Origin: Burkholderiales bacterium
GTDB taxonomy: Bacteria; Pseudomonadota; Gammaproteobacteria; Burkholderiales; JACQAP01
Reading direction: 5' to 3'
DNA length: 48,495 bases
Assembly (NCBI GenBank): GCA_036384015.1
Contig: DASVNF010000232.1
Span: forward strand, 1 to 48,495
Positions 33,076-41,015 of the stretch are shown here, one piece after another. The notes under the pieces are model-generated. The model made no database searches and was not told the origin of the DNA. It saw nothing but the letters and a program-made list of their open reading frames with translations. Position 1 is the stretch's first letter; the number at the start of each line of letters is the position of its first letter. A program made the position numbers and the translations under genes.

Positions 33076-34182
33076 TTAATCCCGCAGCAGCTCGCGTACG
33101 TGCCCTGAGATCGCCAGGGACGCCGTAAGGCCCGGCGATTCGATGCCATACAGGCTGACCAGGCCGGCAACACCATGATCTGCCGGCCCATGAATGATGA
33201 AGTCGCCGGCAGGCTCGGAGGGCCCCGCTACCTTCGGCCGGATGCCCGTATACCCCGGCTGCAACTGGCCGTCCTTCAACCCAGGGTAGTACTTGCGGAT
33301 CGCTTCGTAGAACAGCGGTTCGCGCGAATGATCGAAGCTGTAGTCGACGCCGTCCACCCAGCTGACGTCAGGGCCGAATTTTACCTGCCCGCCGAGATCG
33401 ACCGTCACATGCACGCCGAGATGGGCGTGGCTTGCCACCGGATAAACCAGGCGCCGGAACGGCGGTTTTCCCGACAGGGTGTAGTAGTGCGCCTTGGCGA
33501 AGTACTGCGGCGGGATGCTTTGCACCGGCACGCCCCGGACGGACCGGGCAACATCCTGCGCGAACAGGCCGCCGCAATTGACCACCGACTTGCAGAGGAT
33601 GCTCATGGGTTCGTCGCCGCCGACGTTCAGCAAAATGCCGTCGCTGCGGACCTCGCCCGAACGGATCGGGCTCTTGAACACCACGACGGCGCCGCGGTTC
33701 TCAGCGTCGCCCTGGTACGCCAGCATGAGCGCATGGCTGTCGACGATGCCGGTCGATGGGGACAGGAAGCCGGCGACGCATTCCACCGCGGGTTCCAGAT
33801 CGCGCAATTCCTCCCGCGACAGCCAGCGCAGATCACGTACGCCGTTGGCTTCGGATTTCGCCGTGTAACTCTGGAGCGTGGCGATTTCGTCTTGGTCCAC
33901 GGCGACGATTATCTTGCCGATATTGCTGTGGGGCACGCCGCGGTCCGCGCAATAGTCGTAGAGCATCCGCTTGCCGCTCACGCAGAAGCGCGCCTTCAGC
34001 GAACCCGGGGTGTAGTAAAGGCCGGCATGAATGACCTCCGAGTTGCGCGAACTGGTGTGGGTGCCGATGGCCTCCGCGGCTTCGAGTACTATGACTTCAC
34101 GGCCCGCGAGGGCGAGCTCCCGCGCGACGGCGAGTCCGACGACTCCGGCCCCGACCACGGCGCAATCCATTTTTTCGATCAT
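33076..34182 (-). CDS. FAD-dependent oxidoreductase (L-2-hydroxyglutarate oxidase/dehydrogenase-like)
   Basis: 368 aa. The blocks CAVVGAGVVGLAVARELA, SSRNSEVIHAGLYY and LYGIESPGLTASLAI are typical of the LhgO/YgaF-like DAO family. Confidence 0.75.
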   Translation of the reverse strand: MIEKMDCAVVGAGVVGLAVARELALAGREVIVLEAAEAIGTHTSSRNSEVIHAGLYYTPGSLKARFCVSGKRMLYDYCADRGVPHSNIGKIIVAVDQDEIATLQSYTAKSEANGVRDLRWLSREELRDLEPAVECVAGFLSPSTGIVDSHALMLAYQGDAENRGAVVVFKSPIRSGEVRSDGILLNVGGDEPMSILCKSVVNCGGLFAQDVARSVRGVPVQSIPPQYFAKAHYYTLSGKPPFRRLVYPVASHAHLGVHVTVDLGGQVKFGPDVSWVDGVDYSFDHSREPLFYEAIRKYYPGLKDGQLQPGYTGIRPKVAGPSEPAGDFIIHGPADHGVAGLVSLYGIESPGLTASLAISGHVRELLRD

Positions 34183-34246
34183 GACGCTTGTGCTGGCTGG
34201 CTATACTGCAAAAACGCATGGTACCCGAACGCACTCCTGTCCCCGC

Positions 34247-35095
34247 ATGGCCGACTTCTGGAACACCGACTGGCTGACCGGCGAAATGTTCGCGCCGCTG
34301 CGCGCGGCCGGCGCAGGACTGCCGGCGATCGGTTGGCCGGATACCGCGCTGCTCAATTCGCTTGTGGAAGATGCCGGCCGGATCGTCAACGCCCGGGGGC
34401 AACAGTTGCGCTTCGTCGGGCAGGTTGGGAAACCGGAAAGCTTCGAGGAAAGTTTCGAGGTACGCGCGTTCCTGAAGGGCGAAGTGCAGGTACGCCCGCT
34501 CGACTGGCATGACCTGTTCAACGCCCTGGTGTGGATGACCTTCCCGACGGCCAAGGCCGCGATCAATTCGCGGCATTACGAATCGATGGCGGCCGAAGAA
34601 GGCGGGCGGCGTCCTCCGGAGCGCGATGCGCTGACGCTCTTCGACGAAGACGGCATCGTCGTCTTGTCCTCCGATCCGTCGCTGCTGGAAATGATCAGGG
34701 AGTTCCGCTGGAGAGACTTGTTCTGGAATCGGCGCACGGATGTAAGGGAAAACATGCGCTTCTTCCTGTTCGGTCATGCCCTTTATCAAAAGGCGCTGAA
34801 TCCCTTCATCGGCATGACCGGCAAAGGCATCCTGCTGGACGTGCCGGCACCACTCTTCGGCCAGCCGCTTCCGGTGCAGATCGCCGAAACGGACCGCCGG
34901 CTCGCACTGCACGTCTGGGATCGGGGAAGGCTTGGCAAGGGCAGGGATCTGGCGCCGGTTCCCGTGCTCGGCGTGCCAGGCTGGTGGCGGGGCAACGACG
35001 TCGCGGAGTTCTACGACAACACGAACTATTTCCGATCCGGCCGGCGGCCCGATCCGGATCAGGCGCTGCCCGCGCCCGCGCCTTCGTCGATGTAG
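34247..35095 (+). CDS. DUF3025 domain protein
   Basis: ORF 34031..35095 trimmed to MADFWNTDWLTGEMFAPL... (ATG 34247). WHDLFNALVWMTFPTAKAAINSRH and LFGHALYQK blocks resemble DUF3025. Confidence 0.65.
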   Translation: MADFWNTDWLTGEMFAPLRAAGAGLPAIGWPDTALLNSLVEDAGRIVNARGQQLRFVGQVGKPESFEESFEVRAFLKGEVQVRPLDWHDLFNALVWMTFPTAKAAINSRHYESMAAEEGGRRPPERDALTLFDEDGIVVLSSDPSLLEMIREFRWRDLFWNRRTDVRENMRFFLFGHALYQKALNPFIGMTGKGILLDVPAPLFGQPLPVQIAETDRRLALHVWDRGRLGKGRDLAPVPVLGVPGWWRGNDVAEFYDNTNYFRSGRRPDPDQALPAPAPSSM

Positions 35096-36138
35096 GCGAC
35101 GACTTTGTTGCGGCCCTTTTGCTTGGCGCGATACATGGCCTTGTCGGCCTTGTCGAGAATCACTTCCAGGTTGCCGCCGTCTTCCGGATAGCTCGCCACG
35201 CCCAGGCTGGCGGTGACGTTGGTGTCCCCGCCGCGGATGTCGAAACGCGAGATCTCGATGGCTTTGCGGATGCGCTCGGCCATTTCCTGCGCGCCCTTGT
35301 TGTTGGTTTCGGACAGCAGCACGATGAACTCGTCGCCGCCGAAGCGCGCCATGACATCGGATCCGCGCAACTGCTCGCGGATGCAGCGGACCAGATGCTG
35401 CAGCAGCCGGTTGCCGGCGTCGTGGCCGTGCTTGTCGTTGATCTGCTTCAGGTTGTCCGAATCGATCATGACCACCGACATCGAATGTCCGTAGCGCACC
35501 GATTGCTTGAACGCGCGCTGCAGCATGCTCGAGAACGCGCGCATGTTGTACAGGCCCGTCAGGTCGTCGGTGTCCGACACCTGCTTGATCTTGTCCACCG
35601 CATAACGGATATCGGCCGCCAGCATGGTGGTGATGTAGGCGACCAGGATGACCGGCGCGGAAAGCGCCAGCAATTCGCCCCAGTAGACCAGCGACATGAT
35701 CGGCTTGGCCCTGGGATCGTAGGAGAAGAACATGAAGCAGCCGATGATCGCCCCCATTTGGATCGCGGTAGCGACCTTGCCGAAGATGAGCGCGCTGGCG
35801 ATGATCGGCAGCAGGTAGAGATTGAGCAGCGGGCTCTGGATCCTGCCGGTGTACCAGACCACCCAGGTGATGAACAGGATCATGGTCCAGGTCTCGAGCA
35901 TGAGCTTCGGCCTGGATTCGAGCTTGTTGAAGTTCAGGTAATGCAACCCCAGCACGATGGCGCCGAAAAAGAACAGCGACATGCTGACGGCGATCGTGCC
36001 GACTTCGCCGGGAGCGCCGGCGAGCAGATACACCAGCACCAGGACGACAAGCAGCCACTCGATTTCCGCGATGGTGCGCGAAAACCCCTTGAGCTCGTCC
36101 TGTTCGATGGTGAGGCCGATGTTGGTTCTTGTTAGCAT
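35059..36138 (-). CDS. Membrane-anchored diguanylate cyclase (GGDEF)
   Basis: ORF 35059..36303 trimmed to MLTRTNIGLTIEQ... (ATG 36138). Has 5-6 TM helices followed by DDLTGLYNMRAF...RFGGDEFIVLL, with GGDEF intact. Confidence 0.85.
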   Translation of the reverse strand: MLTRTNIGLTIEQDELKGFSRTIAEIEWLLVVLVLVYLLAGAPGEVGTIAVSMSLFFFGAIVLGLHYLNFNKLESRPKLMLETWTMILFITWVVWYTGRIQSPLLNLYLLPIIASALIFGKVATAIQMGAIIGCFMFFSYDPRAKPIMSLVYWGELLALSAPVILVAYITTMLAADIRYAVDKIKQVSDTDDLTGLYNMRAFSSMLQRAFKQSVRYGHSMSVVMIDSDNLKQINDKHGHDAGNRLLQHLVRCIREQLRGSDVMARFGGDEFIVLLSETNNKGAQEMAERIRKAIEISRFDIRGGDTNVTASLGVASYPEDGGNLEVILDKADKAMYRAKQKGRNKVVAYIDEGAGAGSA

Positions 36139-36513
36139 GGGGTATCCGGAAGCCCTTCTTATACGTACACGGATATCGTGACAATCGATGCCGTAAAACG
36201 CGATAAGCCTAAACGGTTTCCGCGCCCAGTTCCAGCAAAACGCGGGCCCGGTGAGCGGCGCGCGTTGAAGGGAATACGAGGCAGTTGCGAACTCATCCAG
36301 CATTCTCGGTGTGCCGGCGGCACTTCCGTTTCGAGAGTTTTTTTCTTGCCCAAGTCATCGCTCGATGCCCTGCTCGACCGCCGCATGGCGTCACTTTTGC
36401 GCGCGATCTGATTTGCATCGGCACGCGTTGCCCGCCATCGAGGATGTCTTCCGCGGGGGGCTGCGCATCGAAGCCTGCAAGGGGCGCCTGCGGGATGCCG
36501 AGCCCGGACGAGG

Positions 36514-36542
36514 TTGACTTGATCGAAATGGTTTCCTATACT
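36514..36542 (+). promoter_or_regulatory. Sigma70-type promoter of the rubrerythrin operon
   Basis: TTGACT (36514-36519), a 17-nt spacer, then TATACT (36537-36542), about 100 nt upstream of the rubrerythrin ATG. Confidence 0.55.
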
Positions 36543-36552
36543 CAATTTACAG

Positions 36553-36569
36553 ATTAGATTTAGTCTAAT
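36553..36569. promoter_or_regulatory. Palindromic operator candidate overlapping the predicted transcription start
   Basis: In ATTAGAtttagTCTAAT the 6-nt arms are perfect reverse complements. It also reads as a 7-1-7 element, TTAGATT-t-AGTCTAA (6/7), and fits T-N11-A. It starts 11 nt after the -10 box. Confidence 0.4.
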
Positions 36570-36639
36570 TCCTGTTCCGAAGACGGCTCCCTTGGGAGCG
36601 CCGGATCCAGCATTAATATGTAAAATCAAGGAGGTCAAC

Positions 36640-37062
36640 ATGAAAGCACTAAAGGGGTCCAAGACTGAAACCAGCCTGAAGGAAGCGTTCGCAGGCGAAT
36701 CCCAGGCGAACCGCCGTTACCTCTACTTCGCAGCGAAGGCCGATGTGGAAGGCCAGAACGACGTCGCGGCAATCTTCCGTTCCACCGCGGAGGGCGAAAC
36801 CGGCCATGCCCACGGCCACCTTGAATATCTCGAGACGGTCGGCGACCCGGCCACGGGACTGCCCATCGGCAAGTCGCGGGAAAACCTCAAGGCCGCGATC
36901 GCCGGCGAGACCCACGAGTACACCGACATGTATCCCGGCATGGCCAAGAATGCGCGTGACGAAGGCTTCGACGAAATCGCCGACTGGTTCGAGACGCTGG
37001 CGAAAGCCGAACGCTCCCATGCCAACCGTTTCCAGAAGGCCCTCGACGCCCTGGCCGACTGA
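36640..37062 (+). CDS. Rubrerythrin-family diiron protein (no rubredoxin domain)
   Basis: ORF 36592..37062 trimmed to [27 protein letters not shown]... (ATG 36640), with AAGGAGG upstream. ExxH pairs [10 protein letters not shown] and ERSHANRF. 140 aa. Confidence 0.85.
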   Translation: MKALKGSKTETSLKEAFAGESQANRRYLYFAAKADVEGQNDVAAIFRSTAEGETGHAHGHLEYLETVGDPATGLPIGKSRENLKAAIAGETHEYTDMYPGMAKNARDEGFDEIADWFETLAKAERSHANRFQKALDALAD

Positions 37063-37065
37063 TTT

Positions 37066-37154
37066 CCTGTGAAGGGTTCCTGTGAAGGTTTAAAGTGAAG
37101 GGGGAAGGGTTCAGGCTTCCCCCGGAATCGTATTCGCCCCTTCACGCCTTCATC
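37066..37154. repeat. Hairpin repeat copy J (unit GTGAAGG) between rubrerythrin and the Fe-S gene
   Basis: Left arm is CCTGTGAAGGGTTCCTGTGAAGGTTTAAAGTGAAGGGGGAAGGG. Right arm is CGCCCCTTCACGCCTTCATCAG. An inner perfect 8-bp hairpin is formed by GGGGGAAG (37100-37107) and CTTCCCCC (37116-37123). Confidence 0.55.
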
Positions 37155-37162
37155 AGCCGCAA

Positions 37163-38506
37163 ATGACCGTCCGCGAAGGTTCCCTCGAGGCCCCGACCCG
37201 GCACCCGATCGACTGGCAATCGCCTGATTTTCATAATCAGGAAAAGCTGTTCGGGGAAATGCACCGCGTCTTCGACATCTGTCACGGCTGTCGGCGCTGC
37301 GTCAATCTCTGTACGTCGTTTCCGACTTTGTTCGACCTTATCGACGAGGGCAAGACCGGTGAACTCGACGGGGTCGAAAGCCAGGATCTCTGGAAAGTCG
37401 TCGACAAGTGTTACCTGTGCGACATGTGCTACATGACCAAGTGTCCGTACGTGCCGCCGCATCCCTGGAACGTGGATTTCCCGCACCTGATGCTGCGGGC
37501 CAAGGCGGTCAAGTTCCAGAAGGGTGAGACGACGTTTCGCGACAAGTTGCTGACCAGCACGGATGCGGTCGGCAGGCTCGCCTCCATTCCCGTGGTAGTG
37601 CAGGTGGTCAACAAGGTCAACAAGACCCCGGCTGCCCGCAAGATGCTGGAATCCGCCCTCGGCGTGCATCACAAGCGCGAACTGCCCGAATACTCCAGCG
37701 CGAAATTCCGCAGCACCGCGAAGCCGGATCCGTCGTTTCCGGTGCGTGACGGAAAGAGCGCCCCTGGCAAGGTCGCGGTGTTCTCGACCTGCTACATAAA
37801 CTACAACGAGCCCGGGATCGGTCATGACCTGCTGACGGTCCTCGCCCACAATGAAGTGCCCGCCATCGTCGTCGAGAAGGAGGCCTGTTGCGGCATGCCC
37901 AAGCTGGAACTGGGCGACCTCGAGACGGTTAAAAAGCTCAAGGATGCGAATATTCCGGTGCTGGCGAAACTCGCGAAGGAGGGCTATGCAATCCTGACCG
38001 CGGTGCCGTCCTGTACGTTGATGTTCAAGCAGGAGCTGCCGCTGATGTTTCCGGACGACCCGGACGTCAGGGCGGTGCAGGAGGCGATGTTCGATCCCTT
38101 CGAGTACCTGATCATGCGCAAGCGCGACGGCATGCTGAAGACGGACTTCAAGCAGCCGCTGGGCAAGGTTTCGTACCATATCCCCTGCCACCTCCGGGTG
38201 CAAAACATGGGGCAGAAGACCCGCGAAGTTCTGGAGCTGGTGCCCGGCACGCAGGTCAACACCGTGGAGCGCTGTTCCGGACATGACGGCACCTGGGGCG
38301 TGAAAGCGGAGTACTTCGATGAATCCATGAAAATCGGCCGGCCGGTATTCCGGCAGATGGCGTCGGTTGAACCGGACTACGTGAGTTCCGATTGCGCAAT
38401 TGCCGGCCGCCACATCAAGCAGGGCATCCGCGATGGCGGACTGGATCAGGGCAAGGGTGAGAAGCGGCACCCGCTGACGCTGATCCGGCTTGCCTACGGA
38501 CTCTAG
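37163..38506 (+). CDS. HdrD/GlpC-like iron-sulfur protein with CCG domains
   Basis: 447 aa. It has two ferredoxin-type Cys clusters ([11 protein letters not shown] and [13 protein letters not shown]). It also has cysteine-rich CCG-type motifs ([28 protein letters not shown]). Confidence 0.85.
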   Translation: MTVREGSLEAPTRHPIDWQSPDFHNQEKLFGEMHRVFDICHGCRRCVNLCTSFPTLFDLIDEGKTGELDGVESQDLWKVVDKCYLCDMCYMTKCPYVPPHPWNVDFPHLMLRAKAVKFQKGETTFRDKLLTSTDAVGRLASIPVVVQVVNKVNKTPAARKMLESALGVHHKRELPEYSSAKFRSTAKPDPSFPVRDGKSAPGKVAVFSTCYINYNEPGIGHDLLTVLAHNEVPAIVVEKEACCGMPKLELGDLETVKKLKDANIPVLAKLAKEGYAILTAVPSCTLMFKQELPLMFPDDPDVRAVQEAMFDPFEYLIMRKRDGMLKTDFKQPLGKVSYHIPCHLRVQNMGQKTREVLELVPGTQVNTVERCSGHDGTWGVKAEYFDESMKIGRPVFRQMASVEPDYVSSDCAIAGRHIKQGIRDGGLDQGKGEKRHPLTLIRLAYGL

Positions 38507-38522
38507 ACGGGAGCGGGCGAGC

Positions 38523-39104
38523 GTGATCACTGCCGAGAGCCTGATGTCCCTGGAGCAGTATTCCAAGGCGCGCAAGGAATTTCGCGCGAAAGTCCTGGCG
38601 CACAAGAAACACCGGACAATCCCGCTCGGCAATCATGTCACCCTGGTATTCGAGGACGAGCTGACCATGCGCTACCAGGTGCAGGAGATGCTGCGGGTCG
38701 AGCGCATTTTCGAGGAGGAGGGCATCCAGGATGAACTGGAGGCCTACAATCCCATGGTGCCGGATGGCAGCAACTGGAAGGCAACCATGCTCATCGAGTA
38801 CCCCGACATACAGGAGCGCAAGGTCGCGCTGGCCCGGATGATCGGCGTCGAGGACCGGGTCTGGGTCAGGATCGGCAACCACCAGAAGGTGTACGCCGTC
38901 GCCGACGAGGACCTGGACCGCGAAAACGACGAAAAGACCTCGGCGGTGCATTTCCTGAGATTCGAGCTCGATGCTGCAATGAAGCAGGGGCTGAAATCGG
39001 GGCAGGAGCTCGCTCTCGGCGTGGACCACCCGGCCTACTCGGCCGTGCGCGACCCGGCGCCGGCGGAAACCCGGCTGTCGTTGCTGAACGACCTGGCTTT
39101 TTAG
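38523..39104 (+). CDS. DUF3501 family protein
   Basis: ORF 38490..39104. The GTG at 38523 (VITAESLMSLEQYSKARKEFRAKVLAHKKHRTIPLG...) is preferred because it follows the upstream stop at 38506. The sequence resembles DUF3501, which commonly follows rubrerythrin plus Fe-S genes. The start is uncertain. Confidence 0.65.
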   Translation: MITAESLMSLEQYSKARKEFRAKVLAHKKHRTIPLGNHVTLVFEDELTMRYQVQEMLRVERIFEEEGIQDELEAYNPMVPDGSNWKATMLIEYPDIQERKVALARMIGVEDRVWVRIGNHQKVYAVADEDLDRENDEKTSAVHFLRFELDAAMKQGLKSGQELALGVDHPAYSAVRDPAPAETRLSLLNDLAF

Positions 39105-39128
39105 TTTCAGCTTCCCTGCAAGTACAAT

Positions 39129-39162
39129 AACGGCAGCTCGGCGCGTGAGCTGCCGTTTTCGT
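39129..39162 (+). terminator. Intrinsic terminator after the DUF3501 gene
   Basis: Stem AACGGCAGCTC, loop GGCGCGT, stem GAGCTGCCGTT, followed by TTCGTC (short U-tract). Confidence 0.6.
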
Positions 39163-39185
39163 CAAACGACATCAGAAGGGATGAG

Positions 39186-40391
39186 ATGCTGGAAGCCCGC
39201 ATGATTGGCATGCTCGAGGACCGCGTGAAGCGCCTCCAGCTGCCGCTCAGCCTGACGCTCTGGAACGGTCGCACCATCCGCACCGGGGACAATCCGTCGC
39301 TGGAACTGACGGTGCGCTCGCCGCAGGCCCTCATGTCGCTCGCCAATCCCAGCCTGGGCCAGCTTGCCAGGGCCTATGTCGAGGGGGACCTCGACCTCGG
39401 CGGCGACATCCGCCAGACCATTAAGGCCGGCGAGGAACTGGTCGCCGGCGATTCCACGACCTACCGGAAGCGCTCCAATACCTGGAAATGGTGGCGGCAT
39501 ACCAAGCCGGCCGACCGCAAGGCGATCCAGCACCACTACGACGTCAGCAACGAGTTCTATGGCCTCTGGCTCGATGCCAACCGGGTCTATTCCTGCGCCT
39601 ATTTCAGGGCGGGGAACGATTCTCTGGATCTGGCGCAGGAACAGAAGCTCGAACACATCTGCCGCAAGCTCGATCTCAAGCCGGGGGAACGCTTCCTCGA
39701 CATAGGCTGCGGCTGGGGCGGGCTGATTCTTTGGGCCGCGCGCAATTTCAATGTCCGGGCGCTGGGCATCACCCTGTCGGACGAGCAGCATGCCTATGTC
39801 ACCCAGCGCATCAGGGAGCTGGGCCTGGAAGGGCGGTGCGCAGTTGAGCTGATGGATTATCGGGACATCCCGGAAGAGCAGCCCTTCGACAAGATCGCGA
39901 GCGTCGGCATGTTCGAACATGTCGGCAAGCGCAACCTGCCGGCCTACTTCGGCAAGATCCACCGGCTGCTCCGGCCTGGAGGCGTGGTCCTGAACCACGG
40001 CATCACCACCAATTCCCTCGAAGACGCGGAACTGGGCAGCGGGATCGGCGAGTTCGTCGACCAGTACGTGTTTCCCGGCGGTGAACTGGTGCATGTGGCG
40101 CGCGTGCTGGCGGAGATGTCGAGCCAGGGCCTTGAGCCCTGGGACGCCGAATGCCTGCGCCCCCACTATGCGAAGACCTTGTGGCACTGGGTAAGCCGGC
40201 TGGAGGCGCGCCAGGAGGAGGCCCGCAGGATCGTCGGGGAAAGGCTGTACCGCATCTGGCGGATCTACATGGCCGGGTCGGCGCATGCGTTCGACCGTGG
40301 CTGGATTTCGATTTTCCAGATCCTGGGCGCGCGTCCGCTTGCCGACGGTTCCCTGCCTTATCCGTTGACGCGGGAGCACGTTTACCGATGA
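39186..40391 (+). CDS. cfa: Cyclopropane-fatty-acyl-phospholipid synthase family methyltransferase
   Basis: 401 aa. HYDVSNEFYGLWLD, LDIGCGWGGL (SAM motif), SVGMFEHVG and HYAKTLWHW. Confidence 0.85.
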   Translation: MLEARMIGMLEDRVKRLQLPLSLTLWNGRTIRTGDNPSLELTVRSPQALMSLANPSLGQLARAYVEGDLDLGGDIRQTIKAGEELVAGDSTTYRKRSNTWKWWRHTKPADRKAIQHHYDVSNEFYGLWLDANRVYSCAYFRAGNDSLDLAQEQKLEHICRKLDLKPGERFLDIGCGWGGLILWAARNFNVRALGITLSDEQHAYVTQRIRELGLEGRCAVELMDYRDIPEEQPFDKIASVGMFEHVGKRNLPAYFGKIHRLLRPGGVVLNHGITTNSLEDAELGSGIGEFVDQYVFPGGELVHVARVLAEMSSQGLEPWDAECLRPHYAKTLWHWVSRLEARQEEARRIVGERLYRIWRIYMAGSAHAFDRGWISIFQILGARPLADGSLPYPLTREHVYR

Positions 40392-40930
40392 GCGCGGTCC
40401 GCGCCGTCGTATTGCTGTCGCTGCTACTGGGTTCCGGTTGGGTGATGGGTGCGCAGCGAGGCATGCCGGAAGATATCGGCGGCGTTCCCGAGGAAAAGAT
40501 TTTCAAGGAGGAGGCGCTGATGCTGCCGCCGTATCCGGGAGAGACGGGCCTTATCGAATTCGAGCTGCGAGGAGCCTCGAAAAACCGCTATTTCATCGAT
40601 CACGATTCGGTGTCGCTCGGCGAGGACCGGGTGGTGCGCTACTCGATGGTGATCAAGACGGCCGGCGGCGCCACGAATGTCAGCTACGAAGGCATGCGCT
40701 GCAAGACTTCCGAGTACAAGGTCTACGCATTCGGCACGCGCGATGGCAAGTGGGTGGAAGCGCGTGATCCGAAATGGAAGGACGTCGGCTTGAGCGCCTC
40801 GAACTTTCACTATGGCCTGTGGGTGGACTACCTGTGCAACAGCGAAGCCGTGAATGGCAGCGACGCGCAGGACCTGATCGCCAACCTCAAGGGCAAGGCG
40901 CCCTACCAGTCCAATACAACAAAGAACTGA
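40388..40930 (+). CDS. CNP1-like secreted protein
   Basis: ORF 40151..40930 trimmed to MSAVRAVVLLSLLLGSGWVMG... (ATG 40388), giving an ATGA overlap with the cfa stop. Signal peptide present. The blocks RYFIDHDSVSLGEDRVVRYSMV and YEGMRCKTSEYKVYAFG resemble the CNP1-like family. Confidence 0.6.
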   Translation: MSAVRAVVLLSLLLGSGWVMGAQRGMPEDIGGVPEEKIFKEEALMLPPYPGETGLIEFELRGASKNRYFIDHDSVSLGEDRVVRYSMVIKTAGGATNVSYEGMRCKTSEYKVYAFGTRDGKWVEARDPKWKDVGLSASNFHYGLWVDYLCNSEAVNGSDAQDLIANLKGKAPYQSNTTKN

Positions 40931-41015
40931 ACTGCGGTCAAAGCAGGATTGGGTTCCGGAAGCTTGGCCTGTCACCGTTTGCGAACCGGTCAGCCTGCAC
41001 CGCAAACTTGTGCCG

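Noticed and set aside
40931-41015. Terminator between the convergent CNP1-like and proB genes
   Set aside because: Only a short inverted repeat (CGTTTGCG ... CGCAAAC) with a ~20-nt loop and no U-tract on either strand. It may be a Rho-dependent or weak structure and is not called as a feature.
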